Shown: positions 25,289 to 35,540 of the stretch, piece after piece
Layout: every line of letters starts with the position of its first letter
How positions within the stretch are numbered: the stretch's first letter is position 1
Assembly (NCBI RefSeq): GCF_018977255.1
Contig: NW_024704742.1
Location: forward strand, 7,008,001-7,072,000
Direction of reading: 5' to 3'
DNA: 64,000 nucleotides
Origin: Callorhinchus milii
Lineage: Eukaryota
The notes under the pieces: model-generated
The model's database searches: none
What the model was told of the DNA's origin: nothing
Seen by the model: the letters and a program-made list of their open reading frames with translations, nothing else
Program-made: the position numbers and the translations under genes

Positions 25289-26834
25289 ATTGCTCGCTAG
25301 CTGAATTCTGAGAGGTTCAGCAGATGCCACACGAGCCAGCAGGTGATCACTCTCACTCCCCCTTGTGGGGAAGCATCTGATTTCGAGTCCACACCCCCTT
25401 GAAAACAACGCGGCCGAAATCAGAAACGCGGCTGAAATCAGAGACTCGGCTGAAAGTGGACGAATAATAATATGGGTAACCCTTGCATTTGATGGAGCGC
25501 CTTATCGCGTCTTCGAGGCGTCTCAAAGCACTTCACAGGATGTGCTACACAGTGAATTGACTGTATATTTCATGGGTAAGATTCACACCGATGTCCTTCC
25601 ATTCAGCAGGGCGGTGCATTGATACTCCATTCACCCAGCCACTGCTTTGGATATATATTATGTATATATATATAATATATATAGTGTAGCAAGACTGGAT
25701 GAAAATCTAACCTTTACACTTACGAAAATGAAGGGACTGATTTATTTCAGGGAGGTGCGATTCCACACCACAAAATCTGCTCGTCATTGCTACCGATATT
25801 CAGCAACGTGCAGAAGGATTTTTGATCAGAAATTTTTTTTTTTTTTTAAACTTAGGCTCCTACAAGACAAATCACAAAGTGCAGAATTATTTTACAATGA
25901 ATAATAATCCGTGCATTTGCAAAACCTTGCGTTTTCCATCAGACTCGCAGTGGGTTGAGTGCAGTACAGTGAAGAAAACCAACCTTCCTAGTAGCTCGTT
26001 GAGTAAGTGCATCAAATAGAATAACAGAGTCATGCGGACCAGGTAGCTATCAGAGCTCTGTGCTGAGTTTACCAAACTCAACGAGGGTAACAGCTGAGGT
26101 GCTAAAATTGGCTTCAGCATCCCTGAACTAAGCAGGTGTAAAACTCGGAAAACAAGCAGCTGTGATAGCGTGTTTGAGCACGATCACTATTTTCAGTAAA
26201 AGAGGGGTACGAAGGGAAATGTAGAGAGGCAAATAATTCAAGGCCACTGGCCAACATGAGTGGTGCCAGTAACGTACCAGTTTTCTGAGTTCAAATGGAG
26301 CTTTAATATAAAAACATCATTGGAGATTTGCCAGATGAACACTTAAGGTGAAGACCTGTGCTCTAACGCTATGATTATGATAATAATTATCCTTGCATTT
26401 GATATAGCGTCTTCGAGACGTCTCAAAGCGCTTCACAGAATGTCCTGCAAAGTGAATAGACTCTAAGGTAAGAGTGGGGTTACATTCCCTGGAGCTGAGA
26501 AGGTTGAGGAGTGATGTGATTGGTATTTAAGGCAATGAGAAGAATCGACAAGGGAGAAGAGGATGATGTTTCATTCTTTTAGAGGCAACCAAAAAAAGGA
26601 GACCCATCGAGAAATTCCACCAGGGTTTGGATTTTCAATGCTATCCTATATGATGTATTTTGCCAGTTAGCTACTTAGAGGTTTGATTTTCTTCACCTGG
26701 ATTAAAGCAAAATGCAAGGGTATACGAATGCAAAGATTATTGCTGTCTATTATTGTAAAACACGACTGCACTTCATGATTTTGTCAACCATCCTGAAGTT
26801 AAATTAAGAACCAAATTGAGACATAATCCATCTA

Positions 26835-27045
26835 TTTCCTTAGCATTTCAGAGCAAGCAGAATTTAAGAAATTGTTGAATGCAGGCCCAACTTTAAAGCC
26901 CATTTTCTGTACAACAGTTCAATTTATATAGCACAGCTGGTTTGGGTTTTTTTATAGCATCTTAAATTTACAAAAAAAAGACTAGCTTCAGATTAACACT
27001 GTTTAAAAATCTGCCAAATTCTGGATCCATTGAAATGCTAGGAAA
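26835..27045. mobile_element. Palindromic MITE-like element with ~15 bp terminal inverted repeats
   Basis: TTTCCTTAGCATTTCA (26835-26850) and TGAAATGCTAGGAAA (27031-27045); related copies at ~5462-5551, ~23004-23127 and ~44331-44520. Confidence 0.65.
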
Positions 27046-27084
27046 GTAAAGTAAATCTAGACTCAAACGGAAGATTATTACCTA

Positions 27085-27560
27085 ACCTCACACCTCAACT
27101 ATTCCAATGCCCTCCCCACCGGACTCTCCACCTCCACTACCCACGAAATCCAGTTAATCCAGAACTCTAGTGTCCTCATACTCACCTGGAATAAACTCTG
27201 TATCCCTCATCACACCAGTTCTTGACAGGCTCCACTGGATCCCCTATCACTGAATGGATCGACTTCATACTCGTCTTCAAATCCCTACATTCCCTGGCAC
27301 CCCTCAACCTCTCCGACCTACTTACACCCAATCCACTACCCGTCACCTCTGCTCGACCGGCTGCAGCCTCCTGCTTGTCCCTCCTGCCCTCAATTCCACC
27401 ATTGGCTGCCGCGTTTTAAGTCACGACGCCACAAAAACTCTGCAAAGCTCTCCCTCAATCCCTTCACCTTGCCCCCTCCTTCCCCATCTGCAGGTCGTGC
27501 CAGAAGATCTTCCTCTTCGATTGTGCCTGTGGTGCCCTCCCCCCACTCCCTGGCTCGATT
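27085..27560 (+). mobile_element. Degenerate L2 LINE 3' fragment
   Basis: Similar to 29640-30120 (RLHW..I..ILVFKSLH-like remnant). Confidence 0.7.
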
Positions 27561-28680
27561 GGGATCAGGAGGGGTGGAGGGCGGGGGTAGGAGGGTGACC
27601 GAAGGCACAGTCGAAGAGTAGGGTCTTGAGATGCGGTGCTTCGAATTAAAGAGACTTTCTTCAAATCCCCCCCTCCCCTCCCCTCCCCACACACTCACAC
27701 TGATTTCCAATCCCTGCCACTTGGTGGGAAATGCTGCGTAGTGCAGACCAAGCATTTTTTTGCTCAGCGGGAAGGAAGGGGCAGGGGAAACTAACTGGAA
27801 AGACTCTGCTAGGTCACCTTTGCAGGCCTCCTGGCAGCTGGCCAGCTGCTGTAGTGGTGGCCTGAAGTACAATGCCTAGATACCTTATCAGATGCAGGAG
27901 ATTTACTACACAGGGTGGTCCATCAAGGCGAGGGAATCAGTTTGTCCTGAAAACGAGAGCTCTGTGACTTTTTGGATGAACCTGTTTTTTTTTCAGTGGT
28001 GTAGTGTATGGCATTGCCTTGAGATGGAGTGCATCCCGCTATGGAGAACAAGGTCCACCCCCCCCCCACCCCCCAACCACCCCACCCCATCGCCCCATGG
28101 TCGGGTCAGAGTGCCAGGACATACGTTGTATGAATGATGCTCTTTGTAAGAAAAGATATTCGCATCCGAATGAAGAACAAATTGTTTGTTTCGGGTGTCT
28201 GATCGGTTTGAAACATCTCAAAGTGGCTTTGGGGTCGGTTTGGTCAAGTGCAGTGACTTTTTTTTAAAAACAACAAAAGGGAGAGAGTTAACCAAGTTCA
28301 TTGTTAAGCACTTTCAAGAACCCAAGCCAGAAATTGTGGAGGAATCGTAATTGTTCTTCATCTTTTTATGCCATAAAAAGAAAATAACAAAAGAGCATCG
28401 CTGATTTTTTTAAACACACACACACACACAGACATTTCTTTTCCCTGGTCAATCCAAACCAACTCTCTCTTATCTGACTGAAGCTAACCAGGGCATTAAC
28501 ACCTGTGCGACAGGAGCAAAGCAGTTTAATTTCTGACTCGGGCCAGCTTCTACAGAAACCTATTGGGAGGAATGGAAGAGGAGAGGAACAGTGTCAGTGT
28601 CAGGTCTGGGAGGCAGAGTTTTGACAGAACAGCTCCGCAAGTGGAATTTTGTTGAAAGTTTTGTAGGGTTGTGCAGTAAT

Positions 28681-28715
<35 letters not shown>

Positions 28716-29112
28716 GCACGACACAGCTGTGTGCAATTGGGTGCCAATTCGCCCAGAAAACACACAGTCAATACACTTCACAGTTACATATCCTGTGAAG
28801 CGCTTGGAGACGTCTTGAAGATGGGATAAGGCACTATATCAAAGGCAAGGATTATTATCATTATTATTATTATTAATATTATTATCCTCAGTAAGTCTCA
28901 GCTGCAAGTTCGAACTCCCTCCTCACGGAAAACCCCAGGAACATTTTGACTCTCACTCTCACACCGGCAGCCAGGAACAACCTGATGGATGGGTGGAACC
29001 ATAATAACCAGGGAATTTGTTTGTTTGCTGCCATGAACAGCAGTAGTTGTAACCTGAACACCAGGTACTTACTGAGCAAGTGACAGTGTGTGTGCGCGTG
29101 TGTGTTAATCTC

Positions 29113-30222
29113 AGCAAAAGGCTTCTCCTCGAGCCCCCGCACCGTCTCGTGCGGTGTCCCTCAGGGCTCTGTCCTCGGTCCCCTCCTCTTCACCCTCTAC
29201 GTGCTCCCCCTGTGGTGACATCATCCGCAGACATGGGGTAAATTTCCACATGGGATAAATTTCCACATGTTCGTGGATGACATCCAACTCTATCTCTCGC
29301 CCTCCACCCTCAACTCCTGGCGTCCTGACCGATATCAAGTCCTGGATGAGGGACAACTTTCTCCAGCTGAACGTCAGCAAGACCGAAGCCCTCCTGAATG
29401 GCTCGCGCCAGCGCCTCCGCACCTCGGGCGCTGGCAGCATCAGCCTCCACGGCTGCACGCTCAACCTCACTAAGCCAGTCAGGAACCTGGGGGTCTTGTT
29501 TGACCCTGAACTGTCTTTTCTCCCCCACATCCGCGCCATGACCGGCACTGCCTACCACCACCTCCGCAACGTTGTCAGACTCTGCCACTGCCTCACCCCT
29601 CAGGCTGCCCAAACCCTCACCCACGCATTCGTCACCTCAAGGCTCGATTACGGGAACTCCCTCCTCATCGACCTTCCCAACTCCTCCCTTCACAAGCTGC
29701 AGATCATCCAAAACTCTGCAGCTCATGTACTCTCACCACCAGGCTCCGTGACCCCATCACTCCCACCCTCGCCCGACCCCACTGGCTCCCCATCCCCCAG
29801 AGGATCGAGTTCAAGATCCTCGTCCTCACCTTTAAGACCATCCATGGCCTTGTCCCCTCCTACCTCTCTGACCTGCTGACTCCCTACCAACCTGCCCGCT
29901 CCCTCCATTCAGTGGGCTCCGGTCTGCTCCATGTCTCCCGCCCGACCCGCCCTACCATCGGTGGCCGGGCTTTCAGCCTCTCTGCCCCCACACTCTGGAA
30001 CTCCATCCCACGGTCCCCTCACCTCGCTTCCTCCCTCGCCTCCCTCAAGGTTGGTCTCAAGACCCTTCTCTTCAACTGTGCCTTTGGTCTCCCTCCCACC
30101 TCTCTGCCTTCCCTCACCCCTACCCCACCCCTCCCCTATGCTCGGGCCCCGACACCTGACTGTTCAGCGCTTTGGGATGTCCTCCCGACGTGAAAGGCGC
30201 TCTATAAATGTAATGTTGTTGC
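29113..30222 (+). mobile_element. L2 LINE, 5'-truncated (RT C-terminal half plus 3' UTR)
   Basis: Remnant reading [60 protein letters not shown] with frameshifts; 3' tail ending ATAAATGTAATGTTGTTG. Confidence 0.92.
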
Positions 30223-30245
30223 TGTACACCATGTACTGTAAAAGT

Positions 30246-31397
30246 GGCAGTGTGTGTAGTGTTAGTGTCTGTGAGTGTTGGTGTGTGTGCAGTTAGTGTA
30301 GTGTTAGTGTGCGGTGTTAGTGTGTGTGGTGTCAGTGTGTGTGTAGCTAGTGTAGTGGAGGCTTGTGTTTAGTGTGTGTGTAGCTGGTGTCTTGTAGGCT
30401 TGTGTGTAATGTGTGTGTAGCTAGTGTAATGTAGGCGGGTGTGTAGTGTGTGTAGCTAGTATAGTGGAGGCTTGTGTGTAGTGTTAGTCTGTGTGTAGCC
30501 AGTGCAGTGTTAGTGTGTAGTGTCAGTGCGTGTGTAGTGTAGGCTTGTGTGTAGTGTAGAATGTGTGTAGTGTCAGTGTGTGTATGTTTAGTGCAATGTG
30601 TGTAGGGTCAGCGTGTGTGTGTGTAGTGGAGGCTTGTGTAGTGTGTATGTATGTAGTGTGTGCAGTGGAGGTGTGTGTAGTGTGTGTGTGTGTGTGCAGT
30701 GGAGGCGTGTGTAGTGTGTATGTATGTAGTGTGTGCAGTGGAGGTGTGTGTAGTGTGTGTGTGTGTGTGCAGTGGAGGCGTGTGTAGTGTGTATGGTGTG
30801 TGTAGTGTGTGCAGTGGAGGTGTGTGTGTAGTGTGTGTGTACAGTGTCAGTGTGTGTGCAGTGTGTGTATTGTCAGTGTGTGTGCAGTGGAGGTGTGTGT
30901 GTAGTGTGTGTGTACAGTGTCAGTGTGTGTGTAGTGTGTATAGTTTCAGTGTGTGTAGTATCAGTGTGTGTGCAGTGTGTGTAGTGTCAGTGTGTGTGCA
31001 GTGGAGGTGTGTGTGTAGTGTCAGTGTGTGTGTAGTGTGTACAGTTTCAGTGTGTGTAGTATCAGTGTGTGTGCAGTGCGTGTAGTATCAGTGTGTGTGC
31101 AGTGGAGGTGTGTGTAGTGTGTGTGTCCACCGTCAGTGTGTGTAGTGGAGGTGTGTGTGTGTGCAGTGTCAGTGTGTGCAGTGGAGGTGTGTGTGTGGGC
31201 AGTGTCAGTAGTGGAGGTGTGTGTGTAGTGGAGGTGTGTGTGTGTGTGCAGTGTCAGTGTGTGCAGTGGAGGTGTGTGTACAGCGTCAGTGTGTGTGCGC
31301 AGTGTACAGTGTGTGCGCAGTGTCAGTAGTGTCAGTGTGTGTGTGTGTGCAGTGTCAGTGTGTGTGTGTGTGTGCGCGCAGTGTACAGTGTGCGTGT
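30246..31397. repeat. ~1.15 kb degenerate (GT)n/(CA)n-based satellite with GTAGTGT, CAGTGTCAGT and GCAGTGGAGG variant units
   Basis: Directly visible; begins at the first bases of the intron (GTACACGCACAC... on the minus strand). Confidence 0.95.
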
Positions 31398-31399
31398 AC

Positions 31400-33808
31400 C
31401 TGGAGCTGATACGCCGTCTTCTCCTCGCGGTCCAGCGACACTCTGGTGGTGACGGCCCCGGTGCTCGGGTCCACGCGGAAGGCGTGGCCGTCGCCGGCGG
31501 TGATGGAGTAGCTGACGGTGCCGTTCGGGCCCAGGTCCGGGTCGGCGGCCGACACGCGGGTGAGGTGAGCTCCCGGGGGCTCGTTCTCCTTCACGTGGGC
31601 GAAGTACTGCACCGGGTAGAAGACGGGGCTGTTGTCGTTGACGTCGAGCAGAGTGACGGTGACCGGGGCGCTGGCGGAGAGCGGCGGCCGACCCTGGTCG
31701 ACGGCCTGGACCAGCAGCCGGTACGCCGCCTGCGCCTCCCGGTCCAGCCCGGCCGCCAGGCTCAGGCGACCGGTGTCCGGGTCCAGGCGGAAGAGCTGCC
31801 GGTGCCGGTCCGGCGTGTCCGGGTGCAGCCGGTAGCGGACGGTGCCGTTCGGGCCCAGGTCCGGGTCCCGGGCCGTGAGCAGCGCCAGCTCGGTGCCGGC
31901 CGGGCAGCTCTCCGGCACCGACAGCCGGTAGGCCGGGCGGCCGAAGGCGGGGCGCCGGTCGTTCACGTCGGCCAGGCTGACCCGCAGGGCGGCGTGGGCG
32001 GTGCGGGGGCGCGGGCCCCGGTCGGAGGCGCTGATGTTGAGGGTGACGGTGGCCGCCGTCTCCCGGTCCAGCCGGGCCCGGCTGGTCAGCAGGCCGCTGG
32101 CCGGGCTGAGCGAGAACCAGCCGAGCTCGTTACCGGACACGATGGTGTAGGTCAGCTCGGCGTTCAGGCCGGAGTCGCCGTCCGTGGCTCTCACGCCGCC
32201 CACGTAGCTGCCGGACGGTAAGTCCTCGGGGACCCGGACCCGGTACATGGCGTCGGTGGCGTCGGTGTCGCCGGTGTCGTCGGGCCGCCGCTGGAAGACC
32301 GGCGGGTGGTCGTTCACGTCGTTCAGCACGATCAGCAGCGAGGCCAGCGACGACCGGGCCCGGGGCGAGCCGTGGTCGCGCACCGACACGGTCAGGTTGT
32401 AGGCCGGGATGCGCTCCCGGTCCAGCGGCGCCGCCACCTTGACCAGCGACAGGCCCGGCACGGCCGAGGCCTGGACCTGGAAGTGGCGCTGCTCGTTGCC
32501 GGCCAACAGCGACACCGACACGTTGCCGCCGTTGGCCTCGGCCGAGTCGGCGTCGCTGACCGTCAGCAGCGCCACCACCGTCCCGGCCGCCGCGCTCTCG
32601 TCCACGGCGGCGAAGCGGGAGGCCGCCGGGAAGTAGCGGAAGCGCACCACCGGGTCGTTGTCGTTCACGTCGGTCAGGCGGACGGTGGCCTCGGCCCGGC
32701 CGGCCAGCGCCGGGCTGCCCCGGTCGGTGGCGCGGATGACCAGCGAGTACTGCCGCCGGCTCTCGTAGTCCAGCTTGTCCCGGACGGTCAGCAGCCCGGT
32801 GCGGGGCTCGATGGCGAACGGGAGCGGGAGCGGGTGGCCGCCCGCTCCGACTCGCCCGGTCCCCCCGGTCCCCCCGGTCCCGGTCCCGCCGGTCGCCTCC
32901 TCCAGCGAGTACACCACTTCCCCGTTGGCGCCCAGGTCCGGGTCGGCGGCGGCCGCCCGCAGCACCGACGTCCCGGGCGCCGAGTCCTCGGCCACGGTGG
33001 CCCGGTACCGGGGGCTCAGGAAGCGCGGCGCGTTGTCGTTCACGTCCTGCACCGTCACGTTGACCCGCAGCCGCCCGGACCGGGCCACCGGCCGCCCCCG
33101 GTCGCGGACCTCCAGCAGCAGCCGGTAGGCGGCCGCCGACTCGCGGTCCAGGCCGCCCACCGACACCAGGTGCAGGAAGGCGCCCTCGCCGCTCGGGTTG
33201 ACCGTCACGTCCAGGCGGAACCGGCCCTCCTCGTTGCCGCCCACGATCCGGTACGAGCCGTGGTCCACGCCGTTGGCCGGCGTGTCGGCGTCGGTGGCCG
33301 TGTCCAGCAGCACCCGCCGGCCGCCCCCGGCGTCCTCCTTGAAGGCCACGGCGAGCCCGGGCTCCGGGAAGACCGGCGCGTTGTCGTTCAGGTCCAGCAC
33401 CAGGACCCTGACCTCGGTGGGGTAGGTGGGTTGGCTGGACAGCACCACCAGGTCGATGGCGTCGCCGCTCAGCGCCTCCCGGTCGATGGCGGCCGCCGTG
33501 CGCAGGGCGCCCGTCTCGGCGTCCAGGGCGAACAGGGCGTGCGCCTCGCTCAGCCGGTAGGTGAAGCCGGGCTTGGCCGGGACGGCCCCCACCCAGGTAC
33601 CCGGCGGCTGCTCCTCCTGGACCCGGAACACTTGGCGGAGATGGCCGGTGGTGGTGGTGGTGGAGGAGGAGGACGAGGAGGTGGAGGAGGAGGAAGAAGG
33701 AGAAGAAGAAGAGATGGCGGAGGAGGAGACACCGACGCAGACGCTCAGGAGCAACCGCAACCCCGAGAGGCTGAGCCGGACCCGGACCGACCCTGACCGG
33801 CGGCCCAT
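31400..33808 (-). CDS. FAT4: FAT4 first coding exon: signal peptide, cadherin repeats 1-6 and N-terminal part of repeat 7 (803 codons)
   Basis: ATG at 33808 in strong Kozak context (ACCATGG) followed by a hydrophobic signal peptide. The protein has DRE and DxNDN cadherin motifs and FAT4-typical segments (QVFRVQEEQPPGT, SSQPTYPTEVRVLVLDLNDNAPVF, NPSGEGAFLHLVS, FYPVQYFAH, LDREEKTAYQLQ). Ends at donor CAG|GTACAC (GT at 31399-31398), phase 0. Confidence 0.96.
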
Positions 33809-33824
33809 GGTCACACCGGGAGAG

Positions 33825-34011
33825 GGTCTCTCTCTCTCTCTCTCTCACGCCGACTCGCCGCCGACCCCTTCGTCGCTTCCCAAAGGCATCCAAAAAAATA
33901 CCATCCGGAGTGTCTCTCTCCCCCACACACACACACACACACAAAAATCAAATCCGTCCCCGAAAGGAAAGGAAATACATATATATATATATATATGTTA
34001 TATATATATTC

Positions 34012-34045
<34 letters not shown>

Positions 34046-34637
34046 GTATTCCCGACACCGCCGACCACTTACTTTAGCCCTTTCTGTCTCTTTCTTCCAT
34101 CCATCGTTCCCCCCCGAAGAACGAACCAAACGGTGTGTATATATATATATTATGTTAATATATATTATATATGTGTATGTGTGTGTGTGTGTTTGCTTTT
34201 GGGTACCGTCGGCGGTTGACGTGCGACCGATCGGTTACCACCGACTGCGCCGAGACCTCGAAACGGGAATCCAATCTCCTCCTCTGGCGATGGGTTCGTC
34301 TGTTGCACCGTTGTTCTTCATCGGCGGTTACAAACGTGTGTGTGTGTGTGTTATGTATTATATATATATTATGTTATATATATATATATGTGTATAAGGA
34401 TCACACGCACTGCACTGTGTGGTTGAGAGGCTCCTCGTTGTTGTCGCTGTTGTTGTCGGTGGCGGCGGTTCTCTCTCAGGAGGAAAGAAAAGGCAATGCT
34501 GTTCCCCTCTGAAACTTTTCTGTCAACTTGTCTGAGAGGCGAACTGTTCGAGCGTTGTCTCTCTCTCTCTCTCTCTCACTCACTCGCTGTGTCTTTCTCT
34601 CTCTTTCTCTCTCTCTCTCACTCACTCGCTGTGTCTT

Positions 34638-34669
<32 letters not shown>

Positions 34670-34850
34670 TCTTTCTCTCTGGTTTCGGCGGAGAGGAGGA
34701 GGAGGAGGATAGGAGGAGAGGAGGACTTGGCTCCCGGTCTCAGTTCTCTGCCGTTGCCGACACCGGGAAAGACATGACTGCGCCTTCGAGGGTCATTCCC
34801 TGGGATTTCTCTCTCTCTCTCTCTCTCACTCACTCTCTCTCTCTCTCTCG
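33825..34850. repeat. Cluster of (CT)n, (CA)n, (AT)n and (GT)n microsatellites upstream of the FAT4 ATG
   Basis: Multiple dinucleotide runs, plus a tandemly duplicated CTCACTCACTCGCTGTGTCTTTCTCTCT block at ~34570-34660. Confidence 0.9.
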
Positions 34851-35019
34851 TCCCAAAACGCAACCAAACTCCCCCCCAAAGCACAGCCCACAGTCTCTCG
34901 CACTTGCACCACAGCATCGCCCCCCCCTCACCCCCCACCCCCTCCTCACACAGCTCAGCCCTTGTGGCTGAGACTCCCGTCCATCACACGGAGTGACGGC
35001 TTCCCTCCACCATCCTTTC

Positions 35020-35250
35020 TACCACCCCCCCCCCCTACATCATCAACCCCCCCCCACACACACATCACCCCCCCCACATCATCAACCCCCCCCCCCCACA
35101 CACACCCACACATCATCACCCCCCCCCCCACACACACACACACATCACCCCCCCCCCACACACACATCACCCCCCCCCACACACACAACCCCCACACACA
35201 CATCACCCCCCCTCCTCCTCTCCCCCCCCCCCAACCCCCTCTCTCTCTCT
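35020..35250. repeat. C-rich minisatellite (CACACACATCAC(C)n), G-rich on the FAT4 sense strand
   Basis: Roughly ten units of cacacatcac-cccccc visible. Confidence 0.9.
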
Positions 35251-35540
35251 CTAACCGCAAAGGTAAGTTGCTTTAACCCGACGAGGTGAGCCAAGGGCTC
35301 GAACCAGTTGAGGAGAAGTTTGGGGAGTCAGACAGACACGTGGGGGGGGGGGGGGAGAGGAATGGGGTGGGGGGTGAGTAATGGGGTGTAGAGGTGGGGG
35401 GGGGGGGTTGCAACCGTTAGCTGGACAGCAGTGATAGCTCCAGGGGTTTGCGGATGGTCTGCTCACAGACTGCGATAGGATGGGTTTGCATTTCAGGCAA
35501 TGCGAACTGATTCTGCTTTTTTTTTGCTGGAGAAAGTTTT

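Larger units (their letters stand above)
22038..31399 (-). other. FAT4: FAT4 GT-AG intron (9362 bp, phase 0) interrupting cadherin repeat 7
   Basis: Canonical GT/AG ends and a pyrimidine-rich tract before the AG. Removal joins the two ORFs in frame at YQLQ|VVATDGG. Confidence 0.93.
31400..35500 (-). promoter_or_regulatory. CpG island / probable FAT4 promoter and 5' UTR region
   Basis: Very high CpG density across the first coding exon and CpG-rich unique segments upstream of the ATG. No SINE/LINE seen between ~30.25 and ~38.4 kb. TSS cannot be placed from sequence. Confidence 0.7.

Noticed and set aside
29267..29290. Unusual RT motif (F/Y)VDD in both L2 copies instead of YADD
   Set aside because: GTG can arise from GCG by CpG decay in dead copies; cannot be called a family trait from two relics.
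30563..31409. Cys/Val-rich ORFs
   Set aside because: Translations of the (GT)n satellite.
31238..34397. Long overlapping ORFs (604, 496, 327 and 278 aa) on other frames/strand of the first FAT4 exon
   Set aside because: Shadow ORFs expected from stop-codon depletion at very high GC; low-complexity translations with no recognisable domain.
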